A stretch of DNA of 64,000 nt from Owenia fusiformis (lineage: Eukaryota): assembly GCA_903813345.2 (NCBI GenBank), contig CAIIXF020000001.1, forward strand, positions 3,658,001 to 3,722,000, given 5' to 3'. Shown piece by piece: positions 29,401 to 39,387 of this stretch (positions within the stretch are counted from its first letter, which is position 1; each line of letters starts with the position of its first letter). The notes under the pieces are model-generated. The model ran no database searches. It was not told the DNA's origin and worked only from the letters and a program-made list of their open reading frames with translations. Both the position numbers and the translations under genes were made by a program.

Positions 29401-32400
29401 TAAACACGATTAATATAAAGAATAAAGAAGAATGTAATTTTTGTAAAAATAAACTGTCACAAATGATGGCTTAAAAGTAGATGAATGGCTTCAGGTTGAA
29501 CATTTTAACACACATATTATGTCCCTTTTTGCAGGTCCTGATGTCGCGATTGAGTGCCCTGACACATGCAGATAATCCAATACAACCTCGCCACACCAGT
29601 CTCATATCCACTGATCATAAACTGGAATATTCAAAGTATTGCTATTTTATTCTTATGATTTTTATACACATGTATTTGCAAAACACCAAGCACTTGTCTG
29701 TTCTCTATTTGTCACTTATGTATGTATTGTCTAGGTTAAATCTATGATATTAGGCTATTCCTAATACTATATCTACATGTATAAGAAATTTCACTATTTT
29801 TTGTCTCTCAAATTTCACTTTAAAATGAGTCAAAATATGCTGTTTGATTACATATTTCTATGTAATGTGTGTTGTCTGTTCTTAACATTCTATAATAATC
29901 AATCTGATTGTATTAAAATGTAATATGTAAAGTTTGTATAAACTTTTAACTGGCAAATTTTGCAGATGTTTAGAACTGTTGCTAACCATCCGTCCATCTA
30001 ATGACTTCCTGTCTTCTCTACATAACATGTCCAGTCATAGGCGATCTGGGTCTCCAAGGTAACGCAACTGCCTTGTCTATTAATATGTACTTATGGGTTG
30101 TGTTATTGTTACTGTATGCACTTGTCTCTTTATCAGCAATATGGCTGGTTTGACAGTTGTTTTGGGTCTTTGAGTATGTCATCACTTAGATAAGCTGTAA
30201 CATTATTTAGCCAACTGTCTACTCTGGTGGTACTGCCTACTGCGTGGTAGTTGAAATTAAACCAGGAACAAATTATAACAAAATAGTCATAAAAGAAAAG
30301 AAATTTATGGAGCATGATCACATGACCTTTTGCAATCGATAAATTCAATTATTTTTCATCTTTATTGCCTAAAACTGAAATTAAAAATTGACAGAATTGT
30401 CAAAAAACAAATGTGCAAAAGATATGCTCTTCATTACAAATCAAGTTGTTTTGAGAAAAATAAATATAGTTGTACACTCAGACCCAACATAATACACCTA
30501 TAAGTTTGTGAAACTCTATCTTATAGACAAGACAAGGGGGGTATGTCAGGTGCATCCAATACCCTACAAGGGGGAGCCACTAGTTCTCTCCATTACACAA
30601 ATGGAAATGGCAGAAGAATGAATAGCAATGGACACAAGGTCAAGTTCATAGAAGCAAATACTTTATTTGCAGACCATTGTAAAGAGTTTGAAGCAAATCA
30701 TAGGGTAAGAATTTTAGTTCTGATGAGATATTGTAGACCCTGTCTGAAGTGGCTTTATATTATATGCATAATGATGATGTTTCAACTAGATGACAAATAC
30801 GATAGGCCTATAATATTCAGGTTGGGCTTTGGAAAAATCAAAATTACCATCAAAATGTTTAAAATATTTGGTACCAATGATTTGTCTTCACAATGAAAAA
30901 GTGTTAAAATACCTCCATGTTGTTTTACATATTGTATTGTATTATGTTTTGCAGTAAGTCTAGGTTATTGTACATGGCAGCAGTTTTAAATCAAAGTCTT
31001 TTCTGTTCCAGGATATTCTGCAGAAGTTTGAACTACTGAAGGTGCGAGTCCAAGATGCACAACGGGATATGACATTAAGACGCTGCCTGGCACGTCCTCA
31101 ACATCTCAAGGACATTTCAGAAAAGTGTGACACCATAGAGGAACAGGCAAATCAAGAACTTGAACATCTACAGCAGAAACATTCAATCCTAGAAAAGGTA
31201 CATTTCTCAAAAAATTTAAAGAAAATTGGAGAAGTGTCCTTGACATTTTATCAAATTAAAACAAATCAAATATATCAAATTAGTTTACCATAATGTGCAA
31301 ATATCCACACAAATTGTAAAAAGTATTATCCAATTTATCAATTAATTATTGTCATAACATTTGCATCATAGCATCATAGTATATTCTTTAATGTTTGTCA
31401 ATCACTCATTATTTAATATTTCCTATGTGATAGCACTGAATCTGTCATTCTCTCTTGATGGATTTCACATGAAATCAACTTTCAACCTACTTATTTTTTC
31501 TTTGCATTAGCACTGGGATGAAAGTTGTACAAGGATTGCTATAGAGCAAGAGATCTACCAGGCCCAGGTAAATGACTTGGTCAGGGTGAAAAAGGAGAAT
31601 GAGAAGGTGGCCACCATTGTCCGCCAACTTCAGCCATTTATAAGCTCCATAGGAACTGTTACTGAGAGAATCTCCCCAAAGTAAGTCTTATATCGATAGC
31701 ATGAGGTGTCAAAAGGTTGGTGTCAAAATTCAAAAACTTCAAAGGGCTAATATAGTGAGAGGCGAGGGGAGGATTGGTAAAAAGTATTTCATCCGTCAAA
31801 AATCAATGTTTTGAAATAACTCAGAAATTCATACTTTACTGTGAAAGATTATGTCATTAAAGAACTGTCTTAGAAATAATTATTGTAAAAATTAAAAGTG
31901 TACAATTTCCTTTCATTGAAATATGATATTTATGAAAGACTGTTCATTTATAAATAACTTATTATATATCTTAAGCTTGGCTGCTTACATTAACATAACA
32001 TAATGTACATTTGAAACAATCATATATCAGTTTATTATCTCTTACAGACTCGGTGAGACAAACCGTTCTTTGAAACATGACAACGAAATCCAATCCTTGT
32101 TTGAACAAATCAACACAATGAGCCCAGATTCGCAACAAAGGTAAGTTTCATTAGTTGAGTGTAGCATTTTGTAGTTTGAAAGATATGCCCAATTCAAAAC
32201 TTTGGTTACCATACATTCTTGGTATTTTAAAGCTTGAATCCTTTTACAGGGTATCTGTTAATAGATCAGACGCATGCCATGCATCTTTGGTATTTCTTAC
32301 ATAGGGAATTCATTTTGCAAAAGCAAGCAAATAAGAGAAAAATCATAAGAGATAAATTATATGATGGGAGGGGCAAACTAAAGTACAACAAAATCAATTG

Positions 32401-33104
32401 TTATATGATGGGAGGGCCAGGGGCGAACTATAGTATAACAAAATCAACTCACTATTGATGATTTGACACCATCCCTAACACATGATATACATTTCAGGAT
32501 TGAAGCAATAGCATCTGTGCAGGAAGAGAGGCAGACTCAAATTGCTAACAAAACCAACCCACTGGATGATGCTCTCATCAAGACTAAGGGCATGCTTAAG
32601 TCTCCATCCATAAGAGACACAGGCCCAAGAAAGGACCGTGACTCCATTAGTAGTGATAAAGCAAAGGACATAGAAGCAATCATCGAAGATCCCACCAACA
32701 GTGAAGAACTGAACCAGGTAGATGCATTATTGAAAGATATCAGAGACAGTGTGTCTAGAAAGGACAGAGATTTAATTAATAGTGATAACCAACCAAAGAA
32801 TACAGGAACACTCACCAAAGAACATATACCAAGTGAAGAAAGCATTAACACAGTGGACACCCAAGTTGGGAAAGATTCAGGTGTAAGCGAGAAATCAAAA
32901 GTCATTGATAGCCTTGCTGAAGAAGGTGCCAAACTTAGTGAAGAGCATGTTAATAGTAGCATAGCATGTTTACAAATTGCAGTAAACCATGAGATTACAA
33001 CTAGATCTGGTGATCATTTACAAGGCGGTTTATTAGAGCCCATCGATCATAAGAGTATTCAAAATCAAAATGTATGTAGAGATGATCAGAAACATGAAAA
33101 ATAG
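11498..33104 (+). CDS. RNF207: RING finger protein 207 (RING, B-box, coiled-coil E3 ligase), 13 coding exons, ~780 aa
   Basis: Exons 11498-11679, 12160-12274, 12806-12950, 19792-19873, 21906-22154, 28024-28165, 29535-29635, 29966-30058, 30527-30704, 31012-31197, 31511-31680, 32048-32140, 32498-33104. All introns are GT-AG and phases are consistent (2343 nt). Peptides MSGGIF..CLLC..PCLLQCYHSFCSNCLRGR, FYCNTCAQPLCEQCRTETHRARMFALH, CIDLESAY, QYKEKDKIFKEQL..LLPTLHVHL and EQEIYQAQ closely resemble vertebrate RNF207 as recalled. AATAAA near 33669. Confidence 0.93.
11790..12099. repeat. Dispersed repeat, inverted copy of 13974-14351
   Basis: ACCCTTTGCATTCG..GAGCTTCGTCTTCACTCTTTCA and GACTCTGCACGCAGGGTAT are mirrored at 14294-14351 and 13974-13992. 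Confidence 0.7.
13974..14351. repeat. Dispersed repeat, inverted copy of 11790-12099
   Basis: Reverse-complement similarity at both ends; ACCCT...AGGGT termini. Confidence 0.7.
14687..16282 (-). CDS. Rhodopsin-like (class A) orphan GPCR, 531 aa, intronless CDS, antisense within RNF207 intron 3
   Basis: Seven hydrophobic segments with SNGLV (TM1), LAMADVL (TM2), IAIERY (TM3), W in TM4, CWLQW (TM6) and NSAINPWIY (TM7). N-terminal NxS/T sites and a long basic ICL3. Acceptor 8 nt upstream of the ATG (16291-16292) and a candidate upstream 5'UTR exon donor at 17867/17868. Confidence 0.92.
   Translation of the reverse strand: MGLWAETNMSDANNIAMEKNISITAENRSSSDFDWTTTKLPEWAIVTDITMEIILSVFVAISNGLVFLIYNKNRSIRTITNRLVLHLAMADVLVAVPSIFPFDILTNHFPYFFNNMPETLLTICCYCRVLFGSGAGFMSFMMLSSIAIERYTKIVHPFFYSRVMRKKRNMTIWIMSVWGYTVLVAVLPTLIWGLARSKKCLFIHSLGSEHRKILQLHILANLIINSVLGVLIIRHIKLNQRKVTPNQDEQKNEMSDILGQSNPTPSTSRECKKSKYSQQKNHQMQCSHSVKSDERSVKKIQNTTPYEEAEQIKVKSKLTKQAQKRKNTKSGGSTKGNFDLTIKDRRITRSMGIIMIASWTCWLQWLIVTSSLLNGRVQTKYTYYAIKVSQYIAVLNSAINPWIYSLCQKSIKDAVKQVFMKAHSKNAIATIATISKDDDATIEHSGEHSEGHNPTCGIQHNNIDIEVNLNSDILNSASTTLAQKQETKQNYPKGQCDISTNDDNKDKTHKSRSNIYNIDIQSDEFTSDNLV
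18366..18722. repeat. 27-bp minisatellite, ~13 copies
   Basis: Unit CCCCTAGACTGATCACCC(C/A)CTAGCAAT; accounts for the GDQSRGLL-repeat ORF. Confidence 0.95.
19886..21690 (-). mobile_element. Two Helentron/DINE-like non-autonomous elements (~19886-20685 and ~20953-21690)
   Basis: Shared end TTTATCCCAACGAAC..AAGTTC..AGGGATA, a (GTCC)n microsatellite, subterminal inverted GTTCGTTGGGAT and a CTAGTT/CTACTT end. A related reverse copy lies at ~57755-58250. Confidence 0.6.
24085..25926. mobile_element. Transib-like non-autonomous element nested in the MULE-like element
   Basis: ~90-bp TIR starting CACGCGGTC and ending GACCGCGTG; 5-bp TSD GCAAT (24080-24084 and 25927-25931). Confidence 0.75.
24345..25780 (+). 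mobile_element. Helentron-like element with ~447-bp internal tandem repeats
   Basis: Starts ACTAGAAGATTGCAAGCAATCTT..GGAGGCCCC; about 3 satellite units rich in GACCTTGACCTTTGACC; (AAT)n; 3' hairpin AGGAGGCCCC-CCGAT-GGGGCCTCCT. Confidence 0.7.
28279..28810. mobile_element. Double-palindrome element (long hairpin plus adjacent IR-bounded segment); relatives at 9747-10116, 13064-13353, 16383-16779 and 60350-60750
   Basis: Hairpin TATAATGGTTCATTC..GAATGAACCATTATA, then TATTATGCCACT..TTACAGTTG / CAACTGTAA..AGTGGTATAATA. Confidence 0.6.
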
Positions 33105-35600
33105 AAGCTCAAAATTTCAAACCAGACTATCATTTGTCTCCATTTCTATTTTACTCCACTTCACTTACAGAACCTAAGAAAAAGCAAATGTGAAAAATGA
33201 ATGTTGAAGTCAGTGTTGATTTTGCAACAATATTCTGTTTTATTTTTAACATCCACAAAATATTTCTCATCAAAATTGAAAAGATATATAGCCAGACTAA
33301 TCAAATGCCAGCAACTTCTTATTCATTTTGTACAAGTCATTTGTGTTTTCAAAATAATTGACAGTGTTCTCATTTGGATTTGTATGTTTTCAACTGATAG
33401 TTTTTTGCTTCACCTTTTATTAAATTTGCCTCACCAGTTTTGAGATCCTGGCTACGCCCCTAATATCATATCATTGTACGATGTTATTTAGCAATTTGTT
33501 GAAAGCCAAAGATAATGTTCAATATGCTGCAAGCTTGTTTTGCATACAGCGCCCACTTTAGGGTCCCTTTGACATATACATGCACAATACTAATGTACTT
33601 GTTTTTTATTTGTATCTTTACATGTACTATTTATATCCAGTATTTATAACATTTACACTTAAATGGAAAATAAAGACATATTAAACGCTACACTTTCTTG
33701 ATTTGTTATGCACCATTCAACGGTTTGAGTTAGACCTCCCACATGGGAAGGAGTGAGGATTTTGACAAAAAACTTGGACTGTCAAATTCTGTCCCTGGGG
33801 AGCTACCTAGTGTCTAAATTTAGGCTACCCTGGTAGCAATAATAGTTTTCCAAATTTAAAAAATCACTACTCCAGAGACGAAATACTGTTCAAATCCTAC
33901 CTCCTGTGACATACTACATGTCAAATTCTCAACTTTCAGCATGAGGAGTTGTCTCAGGCAAACCTTGGTATGGTGCTTTACTATTATTGAAATCGTAACA
34001 CCCATCAATATGAATATGATCTTGATACTGAGGTAAGAAGCACTAAAGAGAGATCACAGCCGTTGATTATTAGCCTTCTTGTTCTACTGGGTAACCATTA
34101 CTCCATTGGCATTATTATTTTATGTTGAATTGAATTTTTTTTTGTTTTATCCCCAAAATCAAAATAGCAGTAACCACACATCCTAGTTTTCTGCATGAGA
34201 AAAATGCAAATTCTGCATGAAAAAGCTAAATTCTGCACCAAATTCTGCATGAAATCTAAAATTCTGCGCCAAATTCTGCACGGGGAAAAGTGAAATTTTG
34301 TGGTACAAGTATGTGCAAAAAGTGAAATTCTTGCTAAAATCAATAATTTTCTCCAAAAAAATAAACAATTCTTGAACTCCACTCATGCTGCTTTATTCAG
34401 CGATAATGGACAACTGCAGTAATAACACCAGATTCAATGTTAATTTGCGACAAAACTTACCAAATGCTCACTTGTGAACTATCACGAAATTCGAACTATC
34501 ACGAAATTCCAGATCAATATGCAGGGAATTCAGATGTCGTCTATTTATATATGACGAAGTAAAACGCAAGAAGAAGCATGATTATTTGCGTTAGAATACT
34601 ATAGAATACAATATTAATAAACATATTATTGCAAAACAATTACGAAGGACTGTCATTGGTTTCAAATTGGCGGAAGTTCGAGATTTAAACAGATTTCCTC
34701 TTGAAAATCTGACAAAACACAAGTATCTGACAACAAACAAGCGGAGTCTTTGAGTGTTTAGGTGAGTGACAAATATGAGATGAGATGGTTGACTGGAAAA
34801 ATCATGTTTTCCGCGAAATTCCGTGCCAAAACAAAAATTCTGCAAAAAAGATGAAAATGCAAATTTCTGCGGTTTTTCTGCGGCGACGCGGAATCACGGA
34901 ATACTAGGATGAGTGAGTAACTAGCAAAATCTGAAATTGAACTCGGGGAATGTAACCAGTAATCACAAGTTCTTTTAAATCAAACAAAATACACTGTCGG
35001 TAAAAATCACAAATTACCAGTGCCTCTTATATATTGTTCTTAGGATGTTGTGAGACAGACTTTATAATTCAAAATACAACATTGACTGATGGATAAACTC
35101 ATAGAATCAAGAGAAACAATTGTTTGTTTAATTATCTTTATTCATGGTTTCAATCCTACATAAACAATTGCATTGAAGTGATTGTTTTTGTAATCGGAGC
35201 AGTAATAATATCCCTTCACTATATGACCTATATCCATTTATTGAAATCATTGTCTTTCAAAATAATACATGATTTTACTTCAATGGAAAATCTACAATTT
35301 ATAGATAACTAAGTGTGTCCAGTAGGATAATCCGGTGGCCATTTTGCAATATATACGAATAATAACAGCAAATAGTAGTCACACCCAGTGTTTTGAAGAT
35401 GCCACTTCAGTCATTGTGCAGGCTCAAGAGGTATGACCCTACAGATAAACTGCAAACACATATAAAGTCATGTGTATCAACTAGTCCCTCTAAAGTTCCA
35501 CCTTGTTGAGTTCAGTTGTAGGATATTTTATTATAAAATGTTCTTGGAATTTATACACTATATACACATTGTCTGTGAGTATGAGTCCTGCCTCGGGCGG

Positions 35601-36838
35601 TCACCTGGCATCAAACACAACCACTGAGAGATGGTTAAGGAATATACAGAATAGTAATTCATAATTGGGCATAAAAATACAGAAGTCAACAATATTGGCC
35701 ATGCCCATCAGGATCCAACTACTCGCAGTTGTCCATGTGAGAAAGCATCACAGCAAGGTAAGAGTTTTAAGAATATTTTTTGTTCAGAAATCAACTGTTA
35801 AGTTTATAAAATGCATTTAATTACATTCAGATTTTAGTTGCATTCAGAATTTCAGAAAAGAAAATTTCAAACAATAAAACAAAGTTTCCAAAAACGTCTA
35901 TTGATCCTCAATTCTTCGAGATAATTTCATGGATCAACCTAAAAATTTAATTTATTTTATTTTGAGTACAAAATGTTTTATATCGAAACAATATATGAAG
36001 TGGAGATAAATTTTATTTGCATCTTGAAACATTACCAATTTACCATGGAATAGTGTCAATGTAAAACAATAGAAATTGTTGAGAATTCATGATCATTCGT
36101 CAAATGTAAATCGACCATACAATCATGTGTTCCATATATTTTGATATCTAAAATATGAATACATTGTGGTCATTATTTGATTTGATTGATTCACACAAAG
36201 CATAGTTTTTGACTACCTGTTTGTACTAAATATGTACATGATGATGTACATGTAACACATATATAGCTTGTGACTTTTTAATCAAATAAAGGATACTTCT
36301 TTTTGTGCGTTTCTTGTACATGATTCTATAACCACATTCCCTGCATCGTATAGGATCTCTGGCTTTTATCTCATTTTCTTGATGGCAATCTGGAAAATTG
36401 AATGGAAACATTTTAAACATAATAAAATTTCTTCTGCTTGACCAGAAGTGTGACACTGTAACTGCAACAGACCAATACAGTAGATTAAGTCATTCTTACA
36501 ATTCTACATCACAAATAGGACAAGGCATAAACATGCAAATTGTAACCACTTGCCATTTGTTACAGATACTGAACACCAGCCGCCAAAACACCAACCGCCA
36601 AACGACCTCCATAAGAAAGTTGGAGACTATAACATTATGTCACCACTCATTTTAAAACTTTTTGTTCACCAACATTGTTGTCTGCAAAGTAAAAATTTGT
36701 AAAATGGAGGGCTAAAAGGTATCAGGCAGACAGGGCTTTGTGATGTGTTCACTCACCTCCACAAATGTAGACCATAGCTGACTGTTTGACTGGGGGCTCA
36801 CCAGGGCGTGGGGTCTGATCCCCTCTTGGAGTATTCAT
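35601..36838 (-). CDS. POLR2K: DNA-directed RNA polymerases I, II and III subunit RPABC4 (RPB12), 65 aa
   Basis: Exons 36838-36757, 36389-36297 and 35623-35601 give [65 protein letters not shown] (Zn ribbon CxxC..CxxC). Likely non-coding first exon donor at 38045/38044; AATAAA on the - strand at 35532-35527. Confidence 0.96.
35624..36296 (-). other. U12-type (minor spliceosome) GT-AG intron in POLR2K
   Basis: 5' splice site GTATCCTTT and branch site TTCCTTAAC (35642-35634) about 10 nt before the terminal AG. Confidence 0.9.
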
Positions 36839-36928
36839 CTTTGAAACACTTGAACTCCTAAAATTAAATTAATCAAATTGTTTTACTAGGCCATTATCAA
36901 AATATTCAAAGGCCATATCCCCTGTGGC

Positions 36929-37351
36929 GGTTTTGACAGAAATTTACTAAGTAGCATCTAAAAACAGAAGATGTGAGTAGCTTCCAGAATTCTATCGTAT
37001 TCGGGGATTCCCCATTCCGTCATCTCTCGCATCATCTCCAATCAAATTGCAGGATGCGATCACGTGAACAATCATGAGCATGTGCTCTCTCAGGGCTGCG
37101 CATGCGCAACGTAAAATTTGAAATCGTGGAAATGGCGAAACTACAGCAAACATTGGGATATTCAGTTCAATGGCAAATGAGGCCTGTTTATAAATTTTTT
37201 TTCGAATGTGCCAATATGAAACGTCATCTTTGGGAAATCTCCCCCCCCCCCCCCGATCTAAAGATTTCCAAATGAACTTAAAAAAACAGTTGCTCTCATG
37301 CAGAAATCACCGGAGATATCAAACGCTACTTCGTAAATTTCTGTCAAAACC
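36929..37351. mobile_element. Degenerate MITE in the POLR2K 5'UTR intron
   Basis: GGTTTTGACAGAAATTTACTAAGTAGC is inverted as GCTACTTCGTAAATTTCTGTCAAAACC. Confidence 0.55.
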
Positions 37352-38044
37352 ATCATTTTGATTTTTTTGCTTGAAAATGTCAACTCATGGATAAAACCAA
37401 TGTCCTGATCTACACAGAAGCAGCTGATAATTTACACTTATAGGGAACATTCGGAGGTATAAAGTAAGCAGATGAATTCAGTATTTCAGTTTCTGCCATT
37501 ACGATTATCCAGCGGTCTATTGTTAGCGACCAAAGGCTAGTCTATATATCAGACCAGTGCAGCCTTTGAAATAGTAAGTTGTCGCTCATGTGGCTAGAAT
37601 ATCGGCCACATTCTCTGAGCAGTTTATTTGTGAATTCTTTGGCGAAGAAGCCTGCACTGAACAATTTGCTAGGAGATTGCGGAAGATTATAACTTGGAAG
37701 CTGGGACCGAATTCTTGTGTTGATATCGCTAGAATATCTGCCACTTTCAGCTCGTTCGTGCATTCTTTGCTTAAAAATGAGTTGGAACCTTGGGATCCAC
37801 TCCTCCTTGTCGATCAGGCGGGTATAAAAACCACAACTTTCAACATGATCGATGATGCAAAAATGAAGAAAACTTGTTCCAATGTTTGTTTCAAATAACT
37901 TCTGCCCATTCTTCTCATGTATTTATCGATCAAACGTCAAGATAAGAACTATGAACCCGACAAATTAAAATAAACTGCAGAATGACAGAATTATGACATA
38001 AATACTCAATTAAACGGGAAAATAAACAACAAAAAAATACTCAC

Positions 38045-38250
38045 ACGGCGAAAACGACGCACAGACTAACTTCCTGTTTAGATCTCGCGAGACTTCATAT
38101 TGCAATTTGATTGGTTCTTTAAAAAATTGGCTCAAAGTTTAAAAAAATTTGAAGCGCGCAGAAGAGTACATCAAATAAAGCAGTAAAGCAGATACAAAAC
38201 GTTACTTTTACAAAATATAAGATTGCATGAGGGTGGTCACCAGTATAATG
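38045..38250. promoter_or_regulatory. Compact bidirectional promoter shared by POLR2K and the Emi-family gene
   Basis: Divergent donors: - strand GTGAGT at 38044, + strand GTAAGT at 38250. Palindrome TCTCGCGAGA 38083-38092, ETS-like ACTTCC, ATTGG (inverted CCAAT) ~38110 and ~38126, CHR-like TTTGAA 38148-38153. Confidence 0.7.
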
Positions 38251-39387
38251 TAAGTATATTTTATAAAAATTACCATTGATCACTTCAAAAATAGCCTACA
38301 GACATCTTCAAAATTGACCCAGAATTATTGAATGATGCCAATTTTTATTCCCTCCTTTTTCAGTTCAAAGTTTGTTTACTTGAATTTCTGAATTCACAAA
38401 TATCAAAATAATGAGGATACATACTGCAAAGATTGTAATCATCTTAGTGGAAACTCTATGAACAGCACGTGTATACAGCATAGTGAGTTGTATACTTATT
38501 ATAATCATGGGCTTTCAGTTTCAATTCTGTGAAAGTTTCACTCCTATCAAGGAGTGAAAAAAATAGGAGTGTAGAAGTCTAGCAAAAATAGAAGACCTTC
38601 TAGCCTGAGCTAAGCTACCAAAACATCTATCCTTTATAATATACGAGACCAGAGGCCAAATGATGCCCAAACTAGCCTACAAAACAAACCAAAATTTAGG
38701 CCCTGCACATATGTTTCTATTTTTTCACATACTATTGCAATATGGAAATTCAATTGCTTATGTTTTAAATTCAAAGTATTCAATAAAATTTTGACTCAGA
38801 CTGTATAATAGACAATACTCTGAGTGTGACACAACCGTTCATATTCAAAAGTTACTATGACATTGATCACAAGCGCAGCAGATTTGGAAGAGATTAGGTC
38901 AACTTCTATATCAGTGTATATGGGAATGCATGTATGTAGATTAAGGTGGCCCCATTTACCACATATGTTGAGACTATTATGGCCTCATTTCATAGCATAA
39001 ATGAGTGTCACTAGATTACTCAAGCTTATGTAAAATGATTTAACTGGAGATTAAATTGACTGAGCTAGGAGGAAATGCAGTATGCCACTCGACTTTTTTG
39101 TGAATTTGAAGTCATGTCTGCACTTCACAGTTCAAAATCAACTTCAGTAGTCATAAGAAACCACCTTTAATTTGCCTCACTGATCTTTTATTGTTTCTCA
39201 AATTATTTCTTTCAAAATTAGGAAATCAGGGTGATAAGCAGGGAAATTTTGATGGGAATTTCAATCACAAAAAATAACGAGTGACAACTTACACTTCCTC
39301 CATGTGTAGTAGGCCTAGATATCAATCCAAAATGAATGTATGAACATGCTTTCAATTAAACAGGACAGTCTTGGCTCTGATGAAGTT

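Noticed and set aside
34179-34911. Element bounded by CATCCTAGT / ACTAGGATG
   Set aside because: Likely an old DNA transposon, but the TIR is short, the arms are diverged and no TSD was found; not classifiable.
35700-35760. C/D snoRNA-like GTGATGC..CTGA in the U12 intron
   Set aside because: Imperfect C box, short spacing, weak terminal stem and no recognised guide.
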